Shown here in pieces: positions 20,348-29,995 of a DNA stretch of 64,000 nt. Position 1 is the stretch's first letter. Each line of letters starts with the position of its first letter. Both the position numbers and the translations under genes were made by a program. Source of the stretch: an uncultured virus (IMG/VR IMGVR_UViG_3300031566_000004) (taxonomy: Duplodnaviria > Heunggongvirae > Uroviricota > Caudoviricetes); the IMG/VR virus record IMGVR_UViG_3300031566_000004. One strand, written 5' to 3'. The notes below the pieces were generated by a model. The model searched no databases. It was not told the origin of the DNA and worked only from the letters and a program-made list of their open reading frames with translations.

Positions 20348-20864
20348 TTTTATAAATTATTATATTATTAATTTTATCAATTAACTCTTGGTTAATATTG
20401 CTGACTTTATATACATGGTTAAAGTCATGTTCTACTAAATTAAAATATCTAGCAGATCTTTCTCCCTGAAATACATAAAATAATCCGGGAGTATTGTCTA
20501 ATTGCCTAAGTAAACTTTTAATAAAGTTAGACCAACCTTTCATATGTGATCCTGGAGTGTTTACTATTCTTGTTAGCTCAGGTGATATAATTAAGGTCCC
20601 TTTATCTAAGTTAGTAATACTACTAATATTAATATCATCTAGTATAAGTATACACTTTAAATCATTATAATTACATTGTTCAAAAGATTTAAAAATGTCG
20701 TTAACAAAAGGCTCAAACATAATACCTTTTTTATATTCATCGTATAAATACGATAAAATATTACGCAATTCTCTTGTATTAAACCAAGGATCTAATATTA
20801 TCTCCCAATTAGTTTTAGTAATTTTATTATAAAGTTTTTTCTCTATATTATCAATATCTATCAT
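20331..20864 (-). CDS. degenerate uracil-DNA glycosylase-like protein
   Basis: P..NDIFKSF..C...DLKCILI, ELT and GSH..GW resemble family-1 UNG; GQDPY and HPS are absent. Confidence 0.55.
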   Translation of the reverse strand: MIDIDNIEKKLYNKITKTNWEIILDPWFNTRELRNILSYLYDEYKKGIMFEPFVNDIFKSFEQCNYNDLKCILILDDINISSITNLDKGTLIISPELTRIVNTPGSHMKGWSNFIKSLLRQLDNTPGLFYVFQGERSARYFNLVEHDFNHVYKVSNINQELIDKINNIIIYKNDKIR

Positions 20865-20884
20865 TTTTTGTTTAAATTTACTTT

Positions 20885-21208
20885 ATGGCAGAGATTATAA
20901 CAGTAAAAGCATTTAAAAAAGACGCGACGCCTCTTGTAAAAATAGGTTTAAACGTGCATAAAGAAATATTAGCAAGTTATTTAATATTATTTGAAGAACT
21001 AACTAAAGAAGAACAAGAAGAACTTATTAAAGATCTTGGAAAAACTGAGTCATCTGGCGTTTTAAATCTTACATTAAAGAAATACCAACCTATAGCTACA
21101 CTATCTTATCTTATAGGTCTTATAGAGAAGTCTGCTGAAGAACAAAATTTAATGCAAGATACTGAAGTAGACGTAGATGAGATTAGAAAAAAACTTAATG
21201 TAAGTTAA
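20885..21208 (+). CDS. hypothetical protein
   Basis: 107-aa ORF filling the gap on the opposite strand. Confidence 0.6.
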   Translation: MAEIITVKAFKKDATPLVKIGLNVHKEILASYLILFEELTKEEQEELIKDLGKTESSGVLNLTLKKYQPIATLSYLIGLIEKSAEEQNLMQDTEVDVDEIRKKLNVS

Positions 21209-21557
21209 TTCCTAATTCATCACCTAATGTTATTGTTTCTTTAATAGCAAAATCTAGCTCATCATAACTAGCATTAGCAAAAGATTCACCGTCGTAACCT
21301 ATTCTACTTTTAATTTCATTTTTAATAGTATTAAAGTCATTACCAGTATCTTGTGCAATAATTCTTATACATTTATGTATTTTATTTAATTGACCTTGCG
21401 TATGATCATCATTTATTTCCTCTATAAATACTCGATATCTTTTATCTTGTTTTAAGCACTTGACAAATTTATCAAACATTGCTTCACGTCCTTTATTTTC
21501 AAATACTAGTTTATCACCTTCTTTTATAAAGAATGTTTCATGGAATACATCACTCAT
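21195..21557 (-). CDS. hypothetical protein, possibly NinB-like
   Basis: T.GQ.NKIH...IA..TG pattern weakly NinB-like. Confidence 0.45.
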   Translation of the reverse strand: MSDVFHETFFIKEGDKLVFENKGREAMFDKFVKCLKQDKRYRVFIEEINDDHTQGQLNKIHKCIRIIAQDTGNDFNTIKNEIKSRIGYDGESFANASYDELDFAIKETITLGDELGINLH

Positions 21558-21765
21558 TTACATGATTTTTTATTAAATTTATTAATTCAGAAGACCAATA
21601 AGAATGAATTATTGGGTTATCGGTTGCTTCTTTTAAAAACGTCAAAGCTACAAAATCATCATATTCTTGATAAATGCGTAAAGTATATTCTTTAAGAAAA
21701 TATTCATAGTCTATTATGTGTTTTAGTATATCTTTTCTATTTTTAATATCAGCTATTTTCATCAT
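21550..21765 (-). CDS. hypothetical protein
   Basis: 71-aa ORF overlapping its neighbours. Confidence 0.55.
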   Translation of the reverse strand: MMKIADIKNRKDILKHIIDYEYFLKEYTLRIYQEYDDFVALTFLKEATDNPIIHSYWSSELINLIKNHVNE

Positions 21766-22058
21766 AATTCTTCTATTTTTGACCTTAAACCTTTTTCTAA
21801 TAAAGCTTCATGAATAGGTTTTAATTTATTTAAATTACCCCTTTTAACATCACATTTCCCTTTAAAATGGATAATATTAGCGCATTGTTCAGCTTGTATA
21901 CTCGTATGAGAGCAGTACTTAACTAAACAATATATAACATGTTCAAAACTGTTAACATCATCATTATAAACTACAATAGCTCGCCCTAAAGAAGAGTTAA
22001 TTAATTCCTCTACAGCAATATCTACTTCTTCATCAATGTCTATACTGTTATTTTGCAT
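21762..22058 (-). CDS. clpS: ClpS N-degron adaptor
   Basis: VYNDDVNSFEHVIYCL, AEQCA.IIHFKGKC.VK.G. Confidence 0.9.
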   Translation of the reverse strand: MQNNSIDIDEEVDIAVEELINSSLGRAIVVYNDDVNSFEHVIYCLVKYCSHTSIQAEQCANIIHFKGKCDVKRGNLNKLKPIHEALLEKGLRSKIEEL

Positions 22059-22476
22059 TATATTTATTTTTTAAATAGTTGCATTGTTCACAAGAGCAAC
22101 CTGATTCATTACTAGATTTTGTTATACTATTAATATACTGACTTTTAGTTAAATCAGAAATTCTAACATACATTAATCCATCTGTTTCAAATTCACCCAT
22201 ATCTAGTATGTGTTCGTTAACATCATTTAAAAGTCCTAGCAAATCATTGTGCTTGTCTCTTTCATAAATATAAGTTTGTACGTGCTTTGTTTCAAAAACT
22301 ATTATACTACCGTCTGACGTAATAGCTTTTGCAGATATATGTTTACTTACTTTTTTAAATTTTATAATATACTTATATTTTTTTTTTAAATATTTATAAA
22401 AAGCAACTAGTACAACATACAAAAGGGGTAATACTAAAAGTACTACCCCAAAAATAATCCAATCTAATTTACTCAT
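22048..22476 (-). CDS. membrane protein
   Basis: N-terminal TM helix (MSKLDWIIFG...). Confidence 0.5.
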   Translation of the reverse strand: MSKLDWIIFGVVLLVLPLLYVVLVAFYKYLKKKYKYIIKFKKVSKHISAKAITSDGSIIVFETKHVQTYIYERDKHNDLLGLLNDVNEHILDMGEFETDGLMYVRISDLTKSQYINSITKSSNESGCSCEQCNYLKNKYNAK

Positions 22477-22826
22477 TTGACTATTAATAATATTGAGAAA
22501 ATAAAATGCATTAAAACAACAATCCAAAGACTCACACTAAGCATCCTCACATTTAAGATATTGTAATTAATATAATCTTTAAGATGTTTTGTTGTAGTAA
22601 CTACATCCGATAATACTTCTACCACATTACTCATATCTTCAGAATTTACAGATGTTTTACTAGCTCTATCTAAAATAATAGCATCTGCGATATCTTCGAC
22701 AAATTCATCTAATCTTTCATTATTAACCTTACTAGTGTAGAATCTTACATCATTTTCATTAATAGACTTATATATGAATTTTTGTAAATCTTCTTTATTA
22801 TCTATTTCGTTTATTTTTTTATTCAT
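22473..22826 (-). CDS. membrane-anchored protein
   Basis: C-terminal TM helix. Confidence 0.55.
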   Translation of the reverse strand: MNKKINEIDNKEDLQKFIYKSINENDVRFYTSKVNNERLDEFVEDIADAIILDRASKTSVNSEDMSNVVEVLSDVVTTTKHLKDYINYNILNVRMLSVSLWIVVLMHFIFSILLIVK

Positions 22827-22831
22827 ATCTT

Positions 22832-23971
22832 TTATTTATTTATAAAACATTTATTAATACTATCATAATACTTTATCTTATCTTGTGCATAAGCACTTAA
22901 AGCATTTTTAACCCATTTTTCATCAATAGTAGCTTGATAACATAATATATGTATAGTAGCTGTTTGATCAGGATTTAGACGCATTAGTCTACCAATTCGT
23001 TGTTGACTTTTAACATTATTACCATAAGCATGTAGTATTATACCAGATTCTAATTTAGGGATATTAACCCCTTCATTAAGTTGTAATACTGCAGATAATC
23101 TTGTAATATCACCATTTTTGAAAGATTCTAAATTTGTATTACTATTTGTATTACCGCTATGATAACTATGCTCACAAAGCCTGTCTGCTTGATCTTTATA
23201 ATTAGTAAATATTATAGTTTTACTACTTGGAGGCATTATATTTAATAATTCTTTTACATAATCTTCTTTACTTAGAAAATTTTGCATTTCTTTCATCCTC
23301 ATAACTCTACATATTTGTAAAGATTTAGCATTACCGCTTTCATCAGCTTTAGCAAGTCTACTTGTCCAATAATTATAACTATTTAACTCAGATGTGTACC
23401 AAGATTTACCTTTAACAGGTAAGTTTTTTCTATCATCTAGCGGTAACATATGAACTATTATTTTATAATCATTAAGCATGTCATCATTAACACCGTCATC
23501 TGTTGTATATTTATACACAGTAGGCATATATTTGGTAATTAAATCAGCTCTTACACCTTTTTCAGGCATTGTCCCGGATAAACCTAATATTTTCCCATTA
23601 AATAATATAAGAAATGGCTCATGACTTGCTTTTAAGCTATGACATTCATCAAAATAAACACAATGATAATCATATGAACTTTTCAATAATGATCTATAAG
23701 TGACAAAAGTTATACTATCTAATAGATAATCTAACTTAAGTACACTTATAGCCTCCGACCAGGAATCTTTTATTGACTTAGTAGGGTGAACAACTAGAAA
23801 TTTTCTAGTATTATCTGCCTCATATAATTTAAGCATGTGTTTTAGACCCAAATAAGTTTTACCTGAGCCTACAGACATATCTACGCTACATTTAAAATGT
23901 GGCCAAATAATATTAAGAGCCTCTTCTTGAAGTTTCTCTTGTTTTTCTAATTTAGTTTTTCCACTGTTCAT
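22832..23971 (-). CDS. superfamily 2 helicase
   Basis: GSGKT, DECH, LSGT, NEGVNIP, QRIGRLMR. Confidence 0.9.
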   Translation of the reverse strand: MNSGKTKLEKQEKLQEEALNIIWPHFKCSVDMSVGSGKTYLGLKHMLKLYEADNTRKFLVVHPTKSIKDSWSEAISVLKLDYLLDSITFVTYRSLLKSSYDYHCVYFDECHSLKASHEPFLILFNGKILGLSGTMPEKGVRADLITKYMPTVYKYTTDDGVNDDMLNDYKIIVHMLPLDDRKNLPVKGKSWYTSELNSYNYWTSRLAKADESGNAKSLQICRVMRMKEMQNFLSKEDYVKELLNIMPPSSKTIIFTNYKDQADRLCEHSYHSGNTNSNTNLESFKNGDITRLSAVLQLNEGVNIPKLESGIILHAYGNNVKSQQRIGRLMRLNPDQTATIHILCYQATIDEKWVKNALSAYAQDKIKYYDSINKCFINK

Positions 23972-23988
23972 AATTCACTTTTAATTTT

Positions 23989-24543
23989 TTAATAATTACA
24001 AATATCTTTTATTTTACCTATAGGTATCCAATCTCCGTCAGAACCATCATATTCAGGTGAATATTCAGCTTCATATGTAGTACTTTTAATTTCAGGAATA
24101 AAATCTTCAAAGTTTTTCTTTGGAAACTCACAATCTTGATAATTCTCAATATTTCCTACAATTTGTGTATAATGTAATGTAGAATAAAAAATACCACCAT
24201 CACCACAGGATACCCATAATTCTAATGTATAAGGGTTTAAATAAATCTGACCATAATCCCATGTATAAAAATTCTTAGCATGATTATTTACTTGATCTAT
24301 TATAGGTCTTAAAGTAGTTAGATTAAGATTAGTACATAAATATGTACATTCTTCAGCTAATACTACTGTAAGCTCTTCAGAACCATCACTAAATACTCTT
24401 ACTTGTACTTTATCTCTGTACTCAGCGGGAAGTTTAAACTTACTTATTCTTTTCCAATTTGAAACTTTATAGTTGTTATTAATAATTTCTACACACTCTT
24501 CTGTACTATCTGCTTCTTCAAAACAATATATTATTTTATTCAT
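23989..24543 (-). CDS. hypothetical protein
   Basis: 184-aa ORF. Confidence 0.6.
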   Translation of the reverse strand: MNKIIYCFEEADSTEECVEIINNNYKVSNWKRISKFKLPAEYRDKVQVRVFSDGSEELTVVLAEECTYLCTNLNLTTLRPIIDQVNNHAKNFYTWDYGQIYLNPYTLELWVSCGDGGIFYSTLHYTQIVGNIENYQDCEFPKKNFEDFIPEIKSTTYEAEYSPEYDGSDGDWIPIGKIKDICNY

Positions 24544-24564
24544 AATGTTGACTATTTAATTTAT

Positions 24565-24786
24565 TTATATTCTAAAGCCTGCTTTTTTTCTTATTATATT
24601 TACGTACTTTTTAATAGTGTTATCATTAACATTTTCACCTTCTAACCATTCTAAATACGAGAATGGTACGTTTTTTAAAGGTCTGTCTTTATATTTACCA
24701 AAAGGCATTTTATAGTTTTGATATGTTTTACCATATTCTCTCCACAATTCTCCTCCTGGTATAAAATCAGGTAACTTTTTATTCAT
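24565..24786 (-). CDS. small protein with MPFGKYK (DUF3820/ExoX C-terminal-like) motif
   Basis: MPFGKYKD.PL..VP.SYL.WL. Confidence 0.65.
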   Translation of the reverse strand: MNKKLPDFIPGGELWREYGKTYQNYKMPFGKYKDRPLKNVPFSYLEWLEGENVNDNTIKKYVNIIRKKAGFRI

Positions 24787-24790
24787 AATT

Positions 24791-25186
24791 TTAATATTTA
24801 GTATTACTAAATCCAAGATCTCGCGCTTCTTCAGGATGTTCCTCAGTCCAACAATGACAAGCTCTACAAGCAGGTTTCCATGTTTCTATTTTAAGATAAT
24901 CACACAAACGACCTGACATATGATGCACGTCTGTGGCATCATTTTGACATATACCCGGAATATGCATTTGACATTTAGGATTTTTAGTTAAGAATATTCT
25001 TCTAAGTTGTGAGTATTCATTATCTAAACTTTGTTTCTTAGCTGATACTTTTTTAATATTTTTTATAGGATTATCTTTGTGTTTATACCAACATTGTTGA
25101 CAATATTTATCTCCTTTGTAGTTTTTCCAAATATATTGGTCTTTTTCACAAGCTACACATAATTTTTTCTTTTTTTCAATCATCAT
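24791..25186 (-). CDS. HNH-like zinc-finger nuclease
   Basis: CxxC pairs, TDVHH, ACRACH. Confidence 0.7.
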   Translation of the reverse strand: MMIEKKKKLCVACEKDQYIWKNYKGDKYCQQCWYKHKDNPIKNIKKVSAKKQSLDNEYSQLRRIFLTKNPKCQMHIPGICQNDATDVHHMSGRLCDYLKIETWKPACRACHCWTEEHPEEARDLGFSNTKY

Positions 25187-25280
25187 TACTTGTTTTACTA
25201 TAATTTACAATTTCTTTATTAACAAGTTCTATTAATTTTCTAAGACAAGTTAGTTTTAATTTTTTGTGTATGTCAAAGTT

Positions 25281-25469
25281 TTATTTTTTATCTGATTTAT
25301 CACTAAGTAATTCAACTTTAAGAATATTTGATATTCCTAAAACAACCATCACAATACCTAAATATGCCCAGGAGCCTTCATTAAAAAGATCAAAACCCAA
25401 GCATGTAAAAATAGCTGTAGCTATTCCAAAAGAAAACCCTTCATAATAATCTTTACTTATCTTTTTCAT
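25281..25469 (-). CDS. small membrane protein
   Basis: two hydrophobic helices. Confidence 0.5.
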   Translation of the reverse strand: MKKISKDYYEGFSFGIATAIFTCLGFDLFNEGSWAYLGIVMVVLGISNILKVELLSDKSDKK

Positions 25470-25555
25470 ATTTAACAATTTTAATTAGTTTTTTAAGACC
25501 TTGTGTTAAATCATAAGGAATAAACTCTTTTTCTAGCATAATTTATTTGTTTTTT

Positions 25556-25641
25556 TAGGAGAGGTAGCAGGACTCGAACCTGCGATAGATACTTATTTTC
25601 ATAAGGTGACACAACCTCCGTGACATTATACTCTACCTCTC
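25556..25641 (-). tRNA. tRNA-like element (degenerate; anticodon not assignable)
   Basis: acceptor AGAGGTA/TACCTCT, perfect T-arm GCAGG-TTCGAGT-CCTGC; D and anticodon arms non-canonical. Confidence 0.5.
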
Positions 25642-25653
25642 ATTGTTTATATT

Positions 25654-26466
25654 TTATTTTAATTTTAAAGTTTTTTGAAATGTAACTTCTTTAGCATCAT
25701 CTATATTTAAAACACCACCTTTTATAAAGTATTGTTGTATAAGTGTGTTAATCATTCTAGCTCCTAAAGTATTTTTATCAAAAAACTTCTTAATATAACC
25801 TTTAATATAAATGCTTACTTTTTCAAAATCTTCATTAAATAACTTACAATATTTATCTAGTAAATCACTTTTATCAACTATTCTGTTAAGATCTTCTAAC
25901 GTTAGAGGTTTAGTATTGTAAATTAACCCTACTCTGCCTAAAAATTCAGTTTTTAATCCTATTTCACGTAATCTATCTAAAGTAATGTCTTCTTCATTGT
26001 TAAAAGCACCAGCAAACACAAATAAAACGTTATTAACAGGTACAGACACATATTTACCATAATCGCCAAATACTTGTGTAGTTCTTGATTCTAAAACTTT
26101 TAAAAACTCATTTTGTACACCTGTTGTTGACTCATGCGCTGAACTATCATTTGAATTACCTGATATAAATAATTTATCAAATTCATCAACAAATACAACA
26201 GTTAACTGTTTTTGTGTATTAGCTAACGGTGATAAAGCTTTAGATAAACTATTACCACTTGTACCTTCTTTAGTTAATTGAGCAGCATTTACTTCAATAA
26301 AATTCATTTTGTATTTTACAGAAAGATTATTTATAGTAAATGTTTTACCACTACCACTTTCCCCTGTTAAAATAAAATGCGGTTTAATTTCACCTTCTGA
26401 TGCTTCAAAAATACTAAATATTTTTTCTATTTCTTTCACTAATTTATCTTGACCCACTATATTCAT
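25654..26466 (-). CDS. truncated ClpX/HslU-like AAA+ ATPase
   Basis: GESGSGKT, VFVDEFDK, GVQNEFLK, AGAF, EFLGR, LGAR; no Zn-binding domain and no IGF loop. Confidence 0.8.
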   Translation of the reverse strand: MNIVGQDKLVKEIEKIFSIFEASEGEIKPHFILTGESGSGKTFTINNLSVKYKMNFIEVNAAQLTKEGTSGNSLSKALSPLANTQKQLTVVFVDEFDKLFISGNSNDSSAHESTTGVQNEFLKVLESRTTQVFGDYGKYVSVPVNNVLFVFAGAFNNEEDITLDRLREIGLKTEFLGRVGLIYNTKPLTLEDLNRIVDKSDLLDKYCKLFNEDFEKVSIYIKGYIKKFFDKNTLGARMINTLIQQYFIKGGVLNIDDAKEVTFQKTLKLK

Positions 26467-26477
26467 TTTATTATATT

Positions 26478-26711
26478 TTAAGTTAAACTATCATTTACTT
26501 CACTATCTTTATTTTTATCCACTATGTTACTTTCTGTAGAACTAATTAATAAACCAGAACTTATAGTTTTATGAACTAAAGCTGCTGTACCTCTTATTTC
26601 TACAATCTCATTTTTTTGTTGTAATATTGATTTTAATATTTCTTCATCTAAAGATGTTTCCGGAGTAATAATCAAAGTTACTTTACCATTGCAAACTGCT
26701 TCTACCCTCAT
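26478..26711 (-). CDS. hypothetical protein
   Basis: 77-aa ORF. Confidence 0.55.
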   Translation of the reverse strand: MRVEAVCNGKVTLIITPETSLDEEILKSILQQKNEIVEIRGTAALVHKTISSGLLISSTESNIVDKNKDSEVNDSLT

Positions 26712-26712
26712 A

Positions 26713-27177
26713 TTATTTTAAATTTAATTCATAAAAATCTTCAGGTAATACGTTGTTAGCAACAAGTAAATTAATAATTTCTGTTTTAGTTATACCTAAA
26801 TCTTCATTTTTTAACGTTACTTTATACTGTTTGCCCCATCTAGATAATTCTGGTGTAAGTAGCTCACTAGTAACTCTTCCTTTAGGAAACATAGCTGTTA
26901 ATAAACCATTACTTAATTCAATAACTTTTTTCTGTTTGTAAACACTAATAACACGTAATGCTTTCTTTTGATTACGTATTATAGTAGTAATTTCTTCTTC
27001 TTTCATTCTTTTAACGGCATTTTGGTTATATATTTTTAAACCTAAAAGTGCCTTTTTATATAGAAAATTTTGATATTTACTATAATCTACAACAATGCTG
27101 TCAAGAGCTTTAGCTCGTTTACCATTATTTGTGTTGTATTCTGAATTTCTTCCTCTGTAATAAGCTTCTTGTTTCAT
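26713..27177 (-). CDS. hypothetical protein
   Basis: 154-aa ORF. Confidence 0.65.
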   Translation of the reverse strand: MKQEAYYRGRNSEYNTNNGKRAKALDSIVVDYSKYQNFLYKKALLGLKIYNQNAVKRMKEEEITTIIRNQKKALRVISVYKQKKVIELSNGLLTAMFPKGRVTSELLTPELSRWGKQYKVTLKNEDLGITKTEIINLLVANNVLPEDFYELNLK

Positions 27178-27266
27178 ATATTTATTTTTTTATAACAAAA
27201 AAAGAGGGCCATTACAGCCCTCCTCACACAAACAAATAAAAGATTAACTAACTAACCCTTATTCAA

Positions 27267-27548
27267 CTAATCTTCATTGTCTTCATCAAAGTCTTGATCT
27301 AACATTTTAAACTCAGATGGTATTTCACTAACATCTTTAGTTTCAAAATCATCCTCATCAAAACCTAATTCTTCTTTTTCTAAATAACTATCCCCTCTTG
27401 AATCACTTGCTGATTTAAAAAAAGGATTTCTTATTTCTGCTCCATAATACTTATTAGCCATAAGATTTTGAATACCAGCATGGTCTAAGTTTAAATAATC
27501 ATCTAAACTTATCTCTACTGTTCTGCCATCTGGTAGTTGATATAACAT
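27267..27548 (-). CDS. acidic hypothetical protein
   Basis: 93-aa ORF starting MLYQLPDGRTV with an acidic tail. Confidence 0.65.
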   Translation of the reverse strand: MLYQLPDGRTVEISLDDYLNLDHAGIQNLMANKYYGAEIRNPFFKSASDSRGDSYLEKEELGFDEDDFETKDVSEIPSEFKMLDQDFDEDNED

Positions 27549-27621
27549 ATGTAAATATACGATATATAAAACTATAAGATGTTTTAAAATTCAAAATTAA
27601 CTTATTATATAGCTAAAACTT

Positions 27622-28032
27622 TTATTCAAAATATTGCGTTACTAGTTGTTTAACTTTATCGTTATAATCAAGCGCGGTAGCATAATTTATTTTAGTTAAA
27701 AACTTATAATAATTACCCCCTTTATAGCGTTTATCTTGCCAACGCTTATAGTAAGCTATACTAAACACCCAATGATCGAATGAGATATATCCAGAACTTA
27801 TGCAATTATTTTCTGCATCTCTTTCTTTACATATAAAAAAACCAAATAAGTTATTATAATCTAAAGAACAATTTTCACATTCAAGATTACCTGTTTCTAA
27901 ATAAGCTTGAGCAGCAACTATTTTTGGATGTTTTATCTCATATGCTATACAAGCTTCATATACATTTTCTTTTGTTAATTCTAAGTTAAACCCCATTAAA
28001 ATAAATAATGGGGTTATAAGTAAATTTATCAT
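27622..28032 (-). CDS. GH73-like glucosaminidase (peptidoglycan hydrolase)
   Basis: AQAYLETG, NNLFG, YAT..DY motifs; hydrophobic N-terminus. Confidence 0.8.
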   Translation of the reverse strand: MINLLITPLFILMGFNLELTKENVYEACIAYEIKHPKIVAAQAYLETGNLECENCSLDYNNLFGFFICKERDAENNCISSGYISFDHWVFSIAYYKRWQDKRYKGGNYYKFLTKINYATALDYNDKVKQLVTQYFE

Positions 28033-28421
28033 TGTTTTTTATATTTAGCATTACAGAAATCATAATCTCCTTGAGCATAGTAAATAGCATTAAAAGACAA
28101 TCTAACTATAATAAAATCATTATTAATAATTTGAACATCACCTATTTGTTGTGCATTAATTCCTCCGGTTAGTTCATAAATTTTACCTGTAGCTATAGAA
28201 TAAGGGTAATTATTTATCGTTAGATCAATTGACCCTTCAGGTGTGATAGAAGTTATATAACCTTTCTGGATAAATGCAGTATTACCTGAACCATTTGTAG
28301 GAGAATAATCTTCATATATATTCCATATACCTGTCATAGAATTTGCTGTAGGTGTTACATCATCTTTGTCACATCCCATTAAAAATAGACTTACAATAAG
28401 TCCCACTATGTACTTTTTCAT
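28029..28421 (-). CDS. lipoprotein
   Basis: signal peptide MKK..LFLMG-C followed by DKDD. Confidence 0.75.
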   Translation of the reverse strand: MKKYIVGLIVSLFLMGCDKDDVTPTANSMTGIWNIYEDYSPTNGSGNTAFIQKGYITSITPEGSIDLTINNYPYSIATGKIYELTGGINAQQIGDVQIINNDFIIVRLSFNAIYYAQGDYDFCNAKYKKQ

Positions 28422-29995
28422 AATTTTAATTTTTCACTATTTAAACTTATTAATTCTGGTTCAAACGCTTGAACACTCTTTTTAAACATATAAACTCTCA
28501 TTGGAGAACCTCCTTTACTTAAGTAATGATAGATATTAACTAATTTTAGATCAGGCACAAGCCCACAAATATCATTAGGTATGTCTACATTCCTTATTTT
28601 GTCGTTCTCTCCTGAGAATGCACTTAAATCATCTCTAGCACCTAATAGTGTAATAGCAAGATAACCTTCTTGCTCTAAAAGATTTCTACTGGCAATAGAC
28701 GATATTGTATCTTTAACATATTGACTATAAACTCCACAAAAGTCTAACCACATATTAGTATAACTATTTGTAGATATTTTCAACATGTCTAGACAATCAG
28801 CTTTAATATAACTTATATTATGATTTACTGCTTGAACTAATCCTTTACTGTAAGTATGTTGATTTTTTTCAACACATACCATCTTAAGTCCGGGATTAAT
28901 CTTAAGCATGTCTAATTCAAATATAAAATTATCTGCAGGTAACGAAAGAATTCTGCTATTTCCATTTATATTTTGGTTAAAATAACTCATTACTATTTTT
29001 CTAGTAATGTCTTTTACATTACTTTCTTCATTAGTAAACGGTAAAATAACGTTATTAATTGGTTTGTCTTCTATACGCGCACTACTTACTTCTACTATTT
29101 TATTAGATGTTGCTTTATTAAGATTTTTAGTGTTTATTTTAGAATTCACTAAACCATCTTTTTTTAATTTACGTAGTTTACTACAAACACTATAATAAGT
29201 TCTTTTAGGGTATTTCTCTATAAAAACTTTTACAGCCTTTTTATCTGTTAAATTAGTCTCACATAATAGTTTTAAGTCTGCTACCTCTTCATTAGAATAA
29301 AAATGAAAATTATTAGATTTTGTGGGCTTAGTAACATTATTTTTTGCTTTTTTCAATTGTTTACAGTTAATTTTATTTTGTTTTTTTAAACTATTGACTT
29401 TAAACTTAACAGAAAAATAGCTTCTATTTGGATATTTTTTAACAAATTCTCGTATACCATCTGCTGATGTTTTATGATTTTCACATAATAAAATTAAATC
29501 GTTAATCTCTTGCTTAGAATAAGTTTGGTATTTAGATCTAATTTTAGAATGAACACTTTTTGCATATTTACTATATTTATGCGCATAACTATCTTTTGTT
29601 CTCCCTGGATATTTTGCATTAAATAACTTATATGATTCTCCAGAGTTTAACCCCTCACTGGCATGCTTTTCTATCATGGCAGTTTCATTACTTGTATAAC
29701 TATTTTTCATCTTATTCACTTTTTTGTTTAAGTATTCATCTTTTATTTCTTGGCATAAGCCGAATATTTTAGTACTATTACCGTTTAAATTTCTTAGTTT
29801 TATTTTGTATTTATATACTATGTGTTTATCAGCTTTATTTAATAGTTCTCTATTTACAAATCTATTTCTTATTTGACAAGCTTTGTAATCTGTGTCTAAA
29901 GTATGTCTAAGAAACATATTAGTAGTTATATCTTGATATGTAGGGTATAGCACTTCTATGATAGTATCTTCTATCAATCTTTGATTTTCAATCAT
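28418..29995 (-). CDS. three Myb/SANT-like repeats fused to a SAM-methyltransferase-like domain
   Basis: Y[ST]..E...F..KYP.R[ST]..S three times; ILSLPA, VCVEKN, MWLDFCG. Confidence 0.55.
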   Translation of the reverse strand: MIENQRLIEDTIIEVLYPTYQDITTNMFLRHTLDTDYKACQIRNRFVNRELLNKADKHIVYKYKIKLRNLNGNSTKIFGLCQEIKDEYLNKKVNKMKNSYTSNETAMIEKHASEGLNSGESYKLFNAKYPGRTKDSYAHKYSKYAKSVHSKIRSKYQTYSKQEINDLILLCENHKTSADGIREFVKKYPNRSYFSVKFKVNSLKKQNKINCKQLKKAKNNVTKPTKSNNFHFYSNEEVADLKLLCETNLTDKKAVKVFIEKYPKRTYYSVCSKLRKLKKDGLVNSKINTKNLNKATSNKIVEVSSARIEDKPINNVILPFTNEESNVKDITRKIVMSYFNQNINGNSRILSLPADNFIFELDMLKINPGLKMVCVEKNQHTYSKGLVQAVNHNISYIKADCLDMLKISTNSYTNMWLDFCGVYSQYVKDTISSIASRNLLEQEGYLAITLLGARDDLSAFSGENDKIRNVDIPNDICGLVPDLKLVNIYHYLSKGGSPMRVYMFKKSVQAFEPELISLNSEKLKL

